Sequence record: MT446410.1
Reading direction: 5' to 3' (one strand)
Length of the DNA stretch: 64,000 bases
Source of the DNA: Escherichia virus TH38
A model generated the notes under the pieces. It was not told where the DNA came from. It made no database searches and saw only the letters and a list, made by a program, of their open reading frames with translations. The position numbers and the translations under genes are program-made. Positions 28,100-37,740 of this stretch are shown here, in pieces (positions within the stretch are counted from its first letter, which is position 1; each line of letters starts with the position of its first letter).

Positions 28100-31000
28100 A
28101 TGGCGCTGTATCCAATAAAGTCATTAGGTGCTGTAGGCGTTATCGCTGATCAGGCTCCGACAGACTTAGCTCCTAATGCTTTCTCTAATGCTATAAATGC
28201 TCGGTTTGTTGAGCAGAGAGTATTTAAGACGGGGGGCAATGCCCCTCTTTCTTATGTAGATGAAGATAAGGATTTAACCCCTCTGTCTTTCATTTCTATG
28301 CCTTTCGATTATTATAGCGCAGGTAATAGCTTTCTTGTTGTAGGTACGGATAAGAAGTTATATAAACTGACAGATGAAAGCTTGACTGATATTAGCCGTA
28401 AGGTTGCTACAGTCACTAAAAAGGCTTCTGCCTCAATTAAGATTTATCCGGTTGTTTCTCAGATTGTTCCTAAAGAATCAACCATCTCAATGAACTTCAA
28501 TCAGACCAAGAATCTAGAGGTTTCTCTTCTTCCTGCTGATGCCAACAATACTGATCTTGTTTGGGAGGTTAGTAACTCATCTTATGGAAGTATTACAGTA
28601 GACCCTAGTGACTCTAAACTTGCTACTCTAACATCTTTTGAGAAAGAGGGTAATCTTGTAGTAACTATCTCTACTGCCAATGAATCCGTAGTGGCTCAGA
28701 TTGCTGTTAATATCATAGATGGTGATTCAGGCATCTTCTTGAGTCAAGATACTGTTACAATTCGTAAGGGAGGGACTACTACTCTCACGGCTGTTACTGG
28801 CAAGACTCCTGTAACTTGGTCCAGCAGTAACGCTTCTATTGTATCCGTAACCCCTAACGCCAACTCTTTAACTGCTGTCATTACAGCGAATGGAGAAGGT
28901 AATGTAACAATCACTGCTGATAACGGGACTAAGACTGCTTCTTGTGAGATTGTTTCTATCCCTCAGATTGATAGTATCTCTTTAAGCCAGTCAGATGTTA
29001 CTGTGAGTAGAGGTTCTCAGTACATCTTAACTGCTACCCTTTCTCCTGCTAACGCCCCTAATCAAAATATTACTTGGACCTCTTCTAATCCAAATATTGC
29101 AACAGTATCAGGGACTAGTACACAAGGGACGATCAACGCTCTACTTGCTGGTTTTACTGAGATTACAGCTACCACTGAAGAAGGTAACAGAGTTGCTGTC
29201 TGTATTGTACGTGTGGATTTAGCTGGAAGGACAATGAGAACAAGTGCTATGGCATTTGCCGCTCCTGTGTCAGAGTCAGTAGAAACTCAAGAGGAAGAAG
29301 TAGTAACTCCTCCTGAAAGTGAAGAGACGGTTTATTTTGCTGAGCCTACATCCGGTATTGATACGTCAGGGATGTATGAAGGTAACAACTTCTACGACTA
29401 CTCTAACGTGAATGACATTGAAGGTTTTGCAAGAGCTTCTTTACTCGCAACTCCTTTGTCATCTGTCACCTTAGATATTGTCAGCGCTTCTCTTGATGTT
29501 GGTGAAGAGATTGTTGTTACAGCCACAGCTTCTCCGGAAGGTGAGTACTCCTATCAGTGGTCTGTTGATAAGACTGGTTATGTTTCTACAACCTCAGTTA
29601 CTGGTAAATCTATCAAACTGGTTGCTCTTCGTAAAGGAGAGATTAACGTAACTTGTACTGTTAGTCAGATGACTCAAAAAGATTACGATGCTTTTGATGA
29701 CTATCCTTGGTATCATGCTGTTATCTCTAACTGTGCAGTTGCTACAACTCACTATGAAACTCCTCAGGTAAAAGAATTCGAATCAGAATACTTTGTAGAT
29801 CTTCCGGGATGGGGTGAGCAAACAGTTGTGGATAATGATGGAAACCCTTCAGTCAAGAAGTTTAACTGGAAATGTGAGAGAGTGAGATCTTTTAACAACC
29901 GTCTTTTTGCTCTGAATATGAGAGAAGCTAATGCTTCTGGTGTTACCACTAACTATCCGCTTCGTCTTCGTTGGTCTAACTTTGCCAATGAGAACAAGGC
30001 TCCTACACTGTGGGATGACTTTGCCTATGATCGAGTTGTGTCTTCGGACTTAGCTTCTAACATCGTAGGTCAGACTCAGGCTCTAGAGAATGGGTATGCT
30101 GGTTATATTGATCTAGCAGATTCTAATGGTAGCTTGATTGATATCCTACCTCTTAAAGATTACTTGTTCGTTTATACAGAGTTTGAAACGTATATTGGTT
30201 CTCCGACTAATAACACGTACCAACCTCTAATGTTCAAGAAGCTCTTTAACGACTCTGGTATCCTTGCTCCTGAGTGCGTGGTTGAAGTAGAAGGTAGTCA
30301 TTTCGTAGTTACTCAGAATGATGTAATCTTGCATAATGGTGCAACCAAGAAGTCAATTGCATCTAACCGTGTCAAGAATATGCTGATTAACGAGGTGTGT
30401 CTGGTTAACCCTCTAGCAACTCGAGTGCACTTGCATCAGGATAAGAAAGAAGTTTGGGTTCTCTATGTAGGACCGGGGGAGCCAAAAGAAAGCTTCGCTT
30501 GTACTAAAGCTGCTGTATGGAACTACGAGTTTGATACTTGGTCTTTCCGTACTATACCATATGCTCAGTGTATTGGTCTGGTTGATCCTCCTGTTTTAGA
30601 AAGAGGTCCAATCTGGTCTGACTTCCAAGAAATCACTTGGGATGACCCATCTATTAAAGAACTCGTTTGGAGAAAGGATGCAACAAACTTTAGACAGAGG
30701 GTTACGATAGTAGGTTCATTCTTGAAGGGATTCTATCAAGTGGATGTAGGTGCTCTTGATTATTTCTATGACAGGCTAAATGATGTTGTTATAGAGAAGC
30801 CTCTGGAAATGAGGTTGGAGAGGACTGGTATAGATTTTGATAATGTGACTAATGAGTGGAATCAGAAGCATATTAACAGGTTCCGGCCTCAGACAACCGG
30901 TTCAGGTACTTACATATTTGAAGCTGGTGGTAGTCAATTCTCAAATGAATACGGACACCCACACACATCGAAGACTTATACAATTGGTGTTGACAGGCAT

Positions 31001-31117
31001 GTCTCGGTGAGACTGAACCATCCATACCTTTTCTATAATGTTATAGATAATGATGTTAACAGTAATGCTGCTATCAATGGTTTAACGATAGAGTTTGCTG
31101 TTGGCGGGCGGAGATAA
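28100..31117 (+). CDS. Large structural protein with tandem Ig-like (Big_2-type) domains
   Basis: 1005 aa with repeated Ig-like segments. Confidence 0.55.
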   Translation: MALYPIKSLGAVGVIADQAPTDLAPNAFSNAINARFVEQRVFKTGGNAPLSYVDEDKDLTPLSFISMPFDYYSAGNSFLVVGTDKKLYKLTDESLTDISRKVATVTKKASASIKIYPVVSQIVPKESTISMNFNQTKNLEVSLLPADANNTDLVWEVSNSSYGSITVDPSDSKLATLTSFEKEGNLVVTISTANESVVAQIAVNIIDGDSGIFLSQDTVTIRKGGTTTLTAVTGKTPVTWSSSNASIVSVTPNANSLTAVITANGEGNVTITADNGTKTASCEIVSIPQIDSISLSQSDVTVSRGSQYILTATLSPANAPNQNITWTSSNPNIATVSGTSTQGTINALLAGFTEITATTEEGNRVAVCIVRVDLAGRTMRTSAMAFAAPVSESVETQEEEVVTPPESEETVYFAEPTSGIDTSGMYEGNNFYDYSNVNDIEGFARASLLATPLSSVTLDIVSASLDVGEEIVVTATASPEGEYSYQWSVDKTGYVSTTSVTGKSIKLVALRKGEINVTCTVSQMTQKDYDAFDDYPWYHAVISNCAVATTHYETPQVKEFESEYFVDLPGWGEQTVVDNDGNPSVKKFNWKCERVRSFNNRLFALNMREANASGVTTNYPLRLRWSNFANENKAPTLWDDFAYDRVVSSDLASNIVGQTQALENGYAGYIDLADSNGSLIDILPLKDYLFVYTEFETYIGSPTNNTYQPLMFKKLFNDSGILAPECVVEVEGSHFVVTQNDVILHNGATKKSIASNRVKNMLINEVCLVNPLATRVHLHQDKKEVWVLYVGPGEPKESFACTKAAVWNYEFDTWSFRTIPYAQCIGLVDPPVLERGPIWSDFQEITWDDPSIKELVWRKDATNFRQRVTIVGSFLKGFYQVDVGALDYFYDRLNDVVIEKPLEMRLERTGIDFDNVTNEWNQKHINRFRPQTTGSGTYIFEAGGSQFSNEYGHPHTSKTYTIGVDRHVSVRLNHPYLFYNVIDNDVNSNAAINGLTIEFAVGGRR

Positions 31118-31121
31118 CAAC

Positions 31122-31144
31122 AAGGGGCTTCGTGCCCCTTTTAT
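31122..31144 (+). terminator. Rho-independent terminator
   Basis: aaggggcttcgtgcccctt followed by ttatt. Confidence 0.55.
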
Positions 31145-31160
31145 TGTTTTGGAGGAACTT

Positions 31161-32129
31161 ATGGGTGCAGGTGGTTTTCGTAAGAATACTGGTCGCAACA
31201 ACACCACACTCCCGTACAACGTTGGGTTTCTCAATAATGTACAGGACACAGAAACATATAACGTAGCCGTGTATGATGAATTACAAAAAGTTAGCACAGC
31301 TACTAACCAAATGTTCCAAGCTATAGATGAAATTCACGAAGAGATTGATGTTCGTATTAAAGCTCTTAATGCAATGAATCTACAATTTGATGAGCTTGAG
31401 AATAGAATTACTACAGAGATAGAAACAGCTATTGCAGATATCCAAACCCAGATGGGGAACCTGTCCACTGAGGACATTTGGGATAATTCTGTTCAACCCC
31501 CTGTGAAGCTAGAAAGCACTGTATCTGGTTTTAAGACCAGCATCGAAGGTAACACAACTAAAATTCAGACAGTAGAAGGTATTGTTAACGATCAAGGTCA
31601 AGAGATTGCTCTTGTTCAGACAGAACTACAAAATATCAACGGAAGCCTTTCTCAGTATATGAAACTCTCTGAGTATGAAGCTACGTGGGGTATTAACTCT
31701 ACAGTCAACGGAAGATATGCTGGGGTCAAGTTAACTAATAATGGTACAAACAGTCAATTCCAAGTAACAGCTAACAAATTTATTGTTGGTGATGGTAGCT
31801 CTGGGAATACTCCCTTCGTGTTTGAGGGTGGGCGAGCTAGGATGGAATTTGCTGATATAAAGAATGTCAATATCACAACAGCTCAGATTGCTAACGCTAG
31901 AATCCAATGGGCACAGATCGATAACGTATCCATCTCCAATGCTCAGATTCAGAACTTGTCAGCGGATAAGATTACTGCTGGCTCTATGTGGGGTTCTAAC
32001 TGGAGACTTACTGTTGGTGGGGACTTTGTTATGGGTGGCACAGGTGGGGCACAATTGTGGATGAATGGTAACAGAATAGACTTCTACGATGGAAGCGGTG
32101 CTCTGAGAATCAGGATAGGGAGTTGGTAA
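31161..32129 (+). CDS. Virion structural protein (start adjusted downstream of terminator, GGAGG RBS)
   Basis: ORF. Confidence 0.45.
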   Translation: MGAGGFRKNTGRNNTTLPYNVGFLNNVQDTETYNVAVYDELQKVSTATNQMFQAIDEIHEEIDVRIKALNAMNLQFDELENRITTEIETAIADIQTQMGNLSTEDIWDNSVQPPVKLESTVSGFKTSIEGNTTKIQTVEGIVNDQGQEIALVQTELQNINGSLSQYMKLSEYEATWGINSTVNGRYAGVKLTNNGTNSQFQVTANKFIVGDGSSGNTPFVFEGGRARMEFADIKNVNITTAQIANARIQWAQIDNVSISNAQIQNLSADKITAGSMWGSNWRLTVGGDFVMGGTGGAQLWMNGNRIDFYDGSGALRIRIGSW

Positions 32130-32130
32130 T

Positions 32131-33162
32131 ATGGCATACGGAATATGGACACAACCAGTAGGGCCGGGGCCAGCAACCCCCGCTCCCTTATTTATTGATA
32201 GCGGAAGCACTTTCCCTCAGTTCAAGAATAGTATAAGAGGGAGTTTTAACTTTAATGGGGCTGGGAGATCTTTCCCTATTAGTGGATGGGATGGCAGTGG
32301 TCAGATAGTTATTGTTCCTACCGGTTCTTTATGTTGGCAATGGGAAGTCCCTCCTAACCTAGTTCCTGATGTTTATTGTGTGAATAATATCTACGTAGAA
32401 AACAGTTCCTCTTTTAGAGTTACTCTGAATCAGAACCCCGGCAGTAACCCCTTATTTGACTGTGGGTTCAACGTATATCAAATATGGCCTAGAGCGGATA
32501 GGAATTACGGAATTACCTTTTCTAATACAGCAGACTACTTCTCGATATCTGATAGTGGGGTCGTCGGTCAATGTATTTGGGCTTGGCAGGGGACCATAAA
32601 CAATGCCCTTCAGATACCAAATATCGGTGGGTTCAATATGACCAATGCTGTTGTGTTTGCTAATTGGTCTGATGGAGGGATAGGACTATCTTATACCTCT
32701 GATGACAGGGTTATTCGTGTTTATCAGAACAGACCTTACATAAACGGCAACACTAATGAGGGTGGTTCTGTCTTTGCGAGGGTTGCCGTATTCTGTAACG
32801 GAGCTGGTGTTCCTGAGCATAATGGAGGTTTGAATATTTACTCTCCGGGTACCACGCAATGTGTCTTCTCTACTAACAGAACACCTTTCACTGTTGATAC
32901 TTTTATAGGCTCAGGAGGTGGTAACACAGGAATGGCATACCCCATGATACCTCTTACCTCTGGAATAGGTGCAATAAAAGGACAAGGCAGTGGATGGAGA
33001 TATCAGCAAATGAGATCTCACACCATGAGTGGTTCTACGATAGGAACTGGCTATGGAAGGTATCTGTTTCAGTGGGATCAAAATTACGACCTAGGAGCTG
33101 ACACTGTAGTTAATTTATCAGTTCCTGTAATAAATGCAGCTAAGGTTTTTGCTGGACTATAA
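32131..33162 (+). CDS. Virion structural protein (343 aa)
   Basis: ORF with RBS. Confidence 0.45.
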   Translation: MAYGIWTQPVGPGPATPAPLFIDSGSTFPQFKNSIRGSFNFNGAGRSFPISGWDGSGQIVIVPTGSLCWQWEVPPNLVPDVYCVNNIYVENSSSFRVTLNQNPGSNPLFDCGFNVYQIWPRADRNYGITFSNTADYFSISDSGVVGQCIWAWQGTINNALQIPNIGGFNMTNAVVFANWSDGGIGLSYTSDDRVIRVYQNRPYINGNTNEGGSVFARVAVFCNGAGVPEHNGGLNIYSPGTTQCVFSTNRTPFTVDTFIGSGGGNTGMAYPMIPLTSGIGAIKGQGSGWRYQQMRSHTMSGSTIGTGYGRYLFQWDQNYDLGADTVVNLSVPVINAAKVFAGL

Positions 33163-33174
33163 CAAGGAGATATT

Positions 33175-33957
33175 ATGGCAATTAAAATGGGTATTGAAGA
33201 ACTAGACCCAATGGTTCAACAGGCTTCAAAGAAGTATGGGATTCCTGCTGCTTTGATTCATGCTGTAATCCAAAGGGAGTCTAGTGGTCGTCCTACAGTG
33301 GCTTCTGGAACTGGTCCTGTAGGTTTAATGCAGATCAGTAAAGGGTTGGCTAAAGACTATGGTTATAAGCTGGAAGATAGACTTGACCCAGCAAAGAATA
33401 TCGATATGGGTGCTCGTTACATAAGAGATAACCTGAAAGCTTTCAATGGTGATGTTAAGAAGGCAATGGTAGGTTACTCAGAAGGAACCGGTGGTGCTAA
33501 ACAAATGTTCGCTGGTAAGAAAGGGTTTACTCCACAAGCTCTTGACTCCATGAACAATAAACACTTTCTTCCTTTCTACGGTGATGCAGCTTCTCAGATT
33601 GCTAACCCTATTGGAGCTTTGCAAGCTGTTCAACCAGTCAACCAATTTAGTCCTGATACTCTTGATAGAGAGAAGGCTGCTCAAGCTCCAACTCAGGCAG
33701 AAATTGCTGCTTCTAAGACTGGTGCTTTAGGTGGTAATCCAGTAGAGTTTTACTCTGATGAAGTGCAGGAAGGGGAAGATCAGAAGCCTCAGCAGAACTT
33801 TGGTAATGCAGTATTAGGAGTAGCTGCTATGCTTGCTGGTAAACCTCCTACTTCTCAAACAGTTCAGAGGGCAAGTGCACCACATGCAGCAGGTTCTCAG
33901 TACAGTCCACAAACACAAGCAGTGCTCAGGCGTTTGGCTAGCATTGGTATAAAGTAA
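33175..33957 (+). CDS. Virion-associated lytic transglycosylase (SLT domain) protein
   Basis: LIHAVIQRESSGRPTVASGTGPVGLMQI. Confidence 0.6.
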   Translation: MAIKMGIEELDPMVQQASKKYGIPAALIHAVIQRESSGRPTVASGTGPVGLMQISKGLAKDYGYKLEDRLDPAKNIDMGARYIRDNLKAFNGDVKKAMVGYSEGTGGAKQMFAGKKGFTPQALDSMNNKHFLPFYGDAASQIANPIGALQAVQPVNQFSPDTLDREKAAQAPTQAEIAASKTGALGGNPVEFYSDEVQEGEDQKPQQNFGNAVLGVAAMLAGKPPTSQTVQRASAPHAAGSQYSPQTQAVLRRLASIGIK

Positions 33958-33976
33958 TAATCTTTAAGGAGGACTT

Positions 33977-35029
33977 ATGTCTTTATTTGGAAAATCAGCT
34001 TCTAGCAAAACCACAGTGGCCCCTTCCTCTCAGGTTGATGCCCTGCTGAAGCAGATTGTTGCTAATGCTCAGAATATGCAGAACAACGATCCGGGATTCA
34101 TCTCCCAACAGCTGGCTGGGTTTAATGGCAATCAACAAGGTGCTCTGAACAACTTAGCAGCTTCTACTACTCAGAAGCAATTGGCTGATATGTACACGCC
34201 TCGTACACAGCAAGGGTTAGACCAATTAAACTCTCTTGCACAGCAGTATCAGAATATTGTCAACGGTGGTGGTTTAACTGCTGATGGTGTTAATAACTTC
34301 AGTAAAGGATTGAATAGCTCGGCTCTTGCTCAAGCGACCAGTAAGGCAGCTTCCAATGTATCTCTCGGAAATGGTTCTGATTCAGGCTCTCTCCGTAGAG
34401 CTGCTGCTCAAGGTGCTGCTCTGAACAGTGCTAATACAAACTTAGCTCGTACTATCAGTGGCAAGAATATGGGAATCAGTGCTCTTCAACAAGACCAAAA
34501 CTTCCAGAGAGGTTTACTTGGTGCTCAGTCAGGATTGGCTGGACAGAATCTCAACCTAGGTGCTCAAGGTGTTCAGGCAACTCAACAAGCTATCCAGAAT
34601 CAACTCATGGCTGGTAATCTACAACAGCAACAAGCCCAAGCTCAAGCTGATATTAATTGGCAGAACGCTATTGGCTCTCAGCAGTATGGGTGGAATCAGC
34701 TTAACAACCAACTTAATGTATTAAATAGTGTAAGCCCAATGGCTGGGTATACAATTAAGAATGCTGCTCCGGGTGTTAATACTGGACAACAGCTCCTAGG
34801 TGCTGGTATCACTGGTTTAGGTATTGCAGGTCGTATGGGTGCTTTCTCTCCTAATCAACAGACTCAGAATGCTTGGAGTTCCTATAACAACTCAGGTGGG
34901 CAATCTGGAATGGCTGGACCTATGATTGGAGGTTCTAATCTTTCTCAACAGAGAGGTCAGTCTAACTGGTTATCCACAGCAGGTAGTAATATCTTAGGTG
35001 GTGTCTTAGGGGCATTTGGAGCAAACTAA
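33977..35029 (+). CDS. Gln/Asn/Gly-rich internal virion protein (paralog 1)
   Basis: FNGNQQGALNNLAAST motif and Gly-rich hydrophobic C-terminus. Confidence 0.45.
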   Translation: MSLFGKSASSKTTVAPSSQVDALLKQIVANAQNMQNNDPGFISQQLAGFNGNQQGALNNLAASTTQKQLADMYTPRTQQGLDQLNSLAQQYQNIVNGGGLTADGVNNFSKGLNSSALAQATSKAASNVSLGNGSDSGSLRRAAAQGAALNSANTNLARTISGKNMGISALQQDQNFQRGLLGAQSGLAGQNLNLGAQGVQATQQAIQNQLMAGNLQQQQAQAQADINWQNAIGSQQYGWNQLNNQLNVLNSVSPMAGYTIKNAAPGVNTGQQLLGAGITGLGIAGRMGAFSPNQQTQNAWSSYNNSGGQSGMAGPMIGGSNLSQQRGQSNWLSTAGSNILGGVLGAFGAN

Positions 35030-35041
35030 AGGAGATTTGAT

Positions 35042-36010
35042 ATGGGACTTTTCGGAGGCGGGGGTAGTAAAACTACTTCCCAAATGATTCGCCCTGAATA
35101 CATTCAACAGTATATTGACCAGCTTAACCAGCAGATCGGTAATACTAGTTCAGGGGATTATGTTTATCGAGATAATGTAGGGTTTAATAATAATCAGACA
35201 GAGGCACTTAACAACCTAGCACAATCTGGCGCTTTGGGCACTCTCTCACAGCAATACATGGATGCAGCAGGTCAAGGCTTGGGTTATCTAGATAATGCCT
35301 ATAAAGGCTATCAGAGCCTCTCTGGACAAGGTGGGATTACTGGAGAACAGATTGGTGCTCTCGCTGGTCAACTGTATGATGATGACGCTGTGCAAGCAGC
35401 CATTACAGCTAATAATGAACAGGTTCAACAGAACTTGGCACGTAATGCTCTTCCTCAGTTAGCTCAACAGTTTGCTGGTCAACAAGGTTCAGGTGCTCGT
35501 ATGGCTAAATCTTTTGCCCAAGGTGATGCTCTGAATCAGATGCAAGGCCAAGCAACAGATATTACCAATAGTGCCTATAACTCGGCTATTAGCCAAGCTG
35601 AAAGCATCCTCTCTGGTAATCGACAGAATCAGGCAGCTGCTCTCTCTGGTCTTTCTAATATTGGTTCTAACCTTTCTAACCTAGGTCAGCAGGGTGCTAA
35701 TTTGTCTCAACAGCAAATAATGAATCAATGGAATGCAGGGTTGCAGCAACAACAGCAACAACAGAATGAATATGATAATGCCTACCAGAATGCTCAGAAC
35801 GCAGCTAATTGGGGATGGCAAGATATCAATAACCAACTCGGTGCAGCAGGTGTACTTAACGGTGCTCTCGGACAAACTACAACTACTAAAACATCTGGTG
35901 GCAAAGGTGGTTTCCTTGGTGGAGCTATGAGTGGTGCAGCAGCTGGCTCTTCCTTTGGGCCTTGGGGTGCATTAGCTGGGGGTGTAATCGGTGGGTTGGC
36001 TAGTACTTAA
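35042..36010 (+). CDS. Gln/Asn/Gly-rich internal virion protein (paralog 2)
   Basis: FNNNQTEALNNLAQSGA motif; C-terminus GGVIGGLAST. Confidence 0.45.
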   Translation: MGLFGGGGSKTTSQMIRPEYIQQYIDQLNQQIGNTSSGDYVYRDNVGFNNNQTEALNNLAQSGALGTLSQQYMDAAGQGLGYLDNAYKGYQSLSGQGGITGEQIGALAGQLYDDDAVQAAITANNEQVQQNLARNALPQLAQQFAGQQGSGARMAKSFAQGDALNQMQGQATDITNSAYNSAISQAESILSGNRQNQAAALSGLSNIGSNLSNLGQQGANLSQQQIMNQWNAGLQQQQQQQNEYDNAYQNAQNAANWGWQDINNQLGAAGVLNGALGQTTTTKTSGGKGGFLGGAMSGAAAGSSFGPWGALAGGVIGGLAST

Positions 36011-36023
36011 TTAGGAGATAAAT

Positions 36024-37673
36024 ATGCAACAGACAACTTACGCTCAGGTCAGAAGTCGTGACCCGAGAAATACTTTCTATGGTGTTAATCCGGGAGCGGC
36101 TTCGGCCTCTCCTTATATGGCTAGACCAACTCAGACAGCAGATATTTCTATGTATCAACGTCCTGCTATACCTGCTGGGCTTTCCTCTCTTGTAGGTCAA
36201 ACTTCAGTAGATTATCAGAATATGTTGAATCCTGTTCAGAGTAATGGTCTTCCTTCTGATATCCCAAATGATGTACAACCTCAAGCACAACAGGATGTAA
36301 CTCTTCCTGAGTTTGAGAATCAAGAAACCATGCAAGCTGCTGGACTTTCTCCTTCTTCTATTCCTCCAGAATCAGAACCTCTTCCGGTAACACCTCCTAC
36401 TAAACCGTTAGAAGCTGGTCCTATGGAGTTTACTCCTTCTCAGGTTGAACAGGCACAAGGTGTGATTAATACTCTTGCTCAAGGACAAGACGCTGGTGAT
36501 GGAATGACTGCTGCTACTCGTGCTAAAGATCAGGAACGTGTTAACAACGATATCTTGCAAGTTGCGAAAGCTAAAGACCCTTCGGAAGCTTGGAACAAAC
36601 TACAGAAAGAACCATTCTATCAGAACTCTAGTTTCTACACAGGTTTGATGGGTGTAGGTCTTTCCATTATGTCAGGTAAGTCTCCTATTGAAGCTTTCCA
36701 GATTGGTCAGGGAATGGCTAATCAAGATGAGACTAAGAAGCAACTTGAAGCTAACCGTGATGCTCTGATTGAACAAGGCTTCTCTCAAGACTCGATCGCA
36801 GCTGCTATTGCTAACGGAGACCCATCTCTACTGAAGATGAGAGCTGTAGACCCTGCTCAGAAAGAAGCACTGTATGCTGCTCGTGAAGAACGACAAAATG
36901 CTGAATGGGATAGACGTCAACAGATTCAAGAGCAAACTATGCGTGAGCGTGCTGATGAAACTCGTCGTGCCGCTGAAGAAAGGGCTAACATGAACTTTGA
37001 ACGTCAGAAAGAGTTGATTGGTTATCGTGATAAGGTTAAGGCTGAACGTGCTGAGCAAGCTGCTCAGAGTTTTAACTTTAACCCGAAAGAAGTTCGTCTT
37101 GCTCAGAACACAGCTGAAGGTACGGTTGCTAAGCAGTGGGCAGAGAAAGGTGGCCTGTTTAACCAGTCTAACAAAGACTTGGATTTGGCTGATAAGGCTG
37201 TTAAGGATAAAGACTATCAGACAGCTCGTTCTGCTTACATGCAGGCTATCATGAACTCCGCAAGGGCTGAAATCGGTGCTACTCGTTCTCTTACCGAAGA
37301 AGACTTAGGGCACTTTGCAGAAGACCCATCAATCTTCGTTCGTGTTGGCAACAAGTTTGCACTGAAATCTGGATGGCGTCCTACTGACTCTGCTCTTGCT
37401 TATGCTCGTAAGCAAGCTAACGTTGGTCACACCTCTGCAATGAAAGGTGTTGCTGATGCTAAGAGAGCTACGATTGAAGCTTACATCGGTTCTGGTATGG
37501 ATAAGAAGAGAGCTACTGCATTGGTTAACCGTGCAATCCCTTCTGGTGGTTTCTATGACCCTCTAGGTGTTTTCTCTGAACAAGCAGAAGAAGCAGTTGG
37601 TGGTGCAGCAACCAATCCTAAGCTTAATGGTGCTTTATCAGCTGTCGAAGACACTAGCTGGTTTACTCAATAA
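36024..37673 (+). CDS. Internal virion protein (549 aa)
   Basis: ORF with RBS. Confidence 0.45.
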   Translation: MQQTTYAQVRSRDPRNTFYGVNPGAASASPYMARPTQTADISMYQRPAIPAGLSSLVGQTSVDYQNMLNPVQSNGLPSDIPNDVQPQAQQDVTLPEFENQETMQAAGLSPSSIPPESEPLPVTPPTKPLEAGPMEFTPSQVEQAQGVINTLAQGQDAGDGMTAATRAKDQERVNNDILQVAKAKDPSEAWNKLQKEPFYQNSSFYTGLMGVGLSIMSGKSPIEAFQIGQGMANQDETKKQLEANRDALIEQGFSQDSIAAAIANGDPSLLKMRAVDPAQKEALYAAREERQNAEWDRRQQIQEQTMRERADETRRAAEERANMNFERQKELIGYRDKVKAERAEQAAQSFNFNPKEVRLAQNTAEGTVAKQWAEKGGLFNQSNKDLDLADKAVKDKDYQTARSAYMQAIMNSARAEIGATRSLTEEDLGHFAEDPSIFVRVGNKFALKSGWRPTDSALAYARKQANVGHTSAMKGVADAKRATIEAYIGSGMDKKRATALVNRAIPSGGFYDPLGVFSEQAEEAVGGAATNPKLNGALSAVEDTSWFTQ

Positions 37674-37680
37674 GACCTAA

Positions 37681-37715
37681 GTCCTGCCTTCTATAATGTA
37701 TATAGGGGGTAGGAC
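37681..37715 (+). promoter_or_regulatory. Hairpin gtcctgcc...gggtaggac enclosing TAATGTATA (37694-37702); terminator-promoter element
   Basis: 8-bp stem, T-rich tail, motif 39 nt before the 37741 ATG. Confidence 0.4.
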
Positions 37716-37740
37716 ATTTTTATTTATAAAAGGAGACGTT

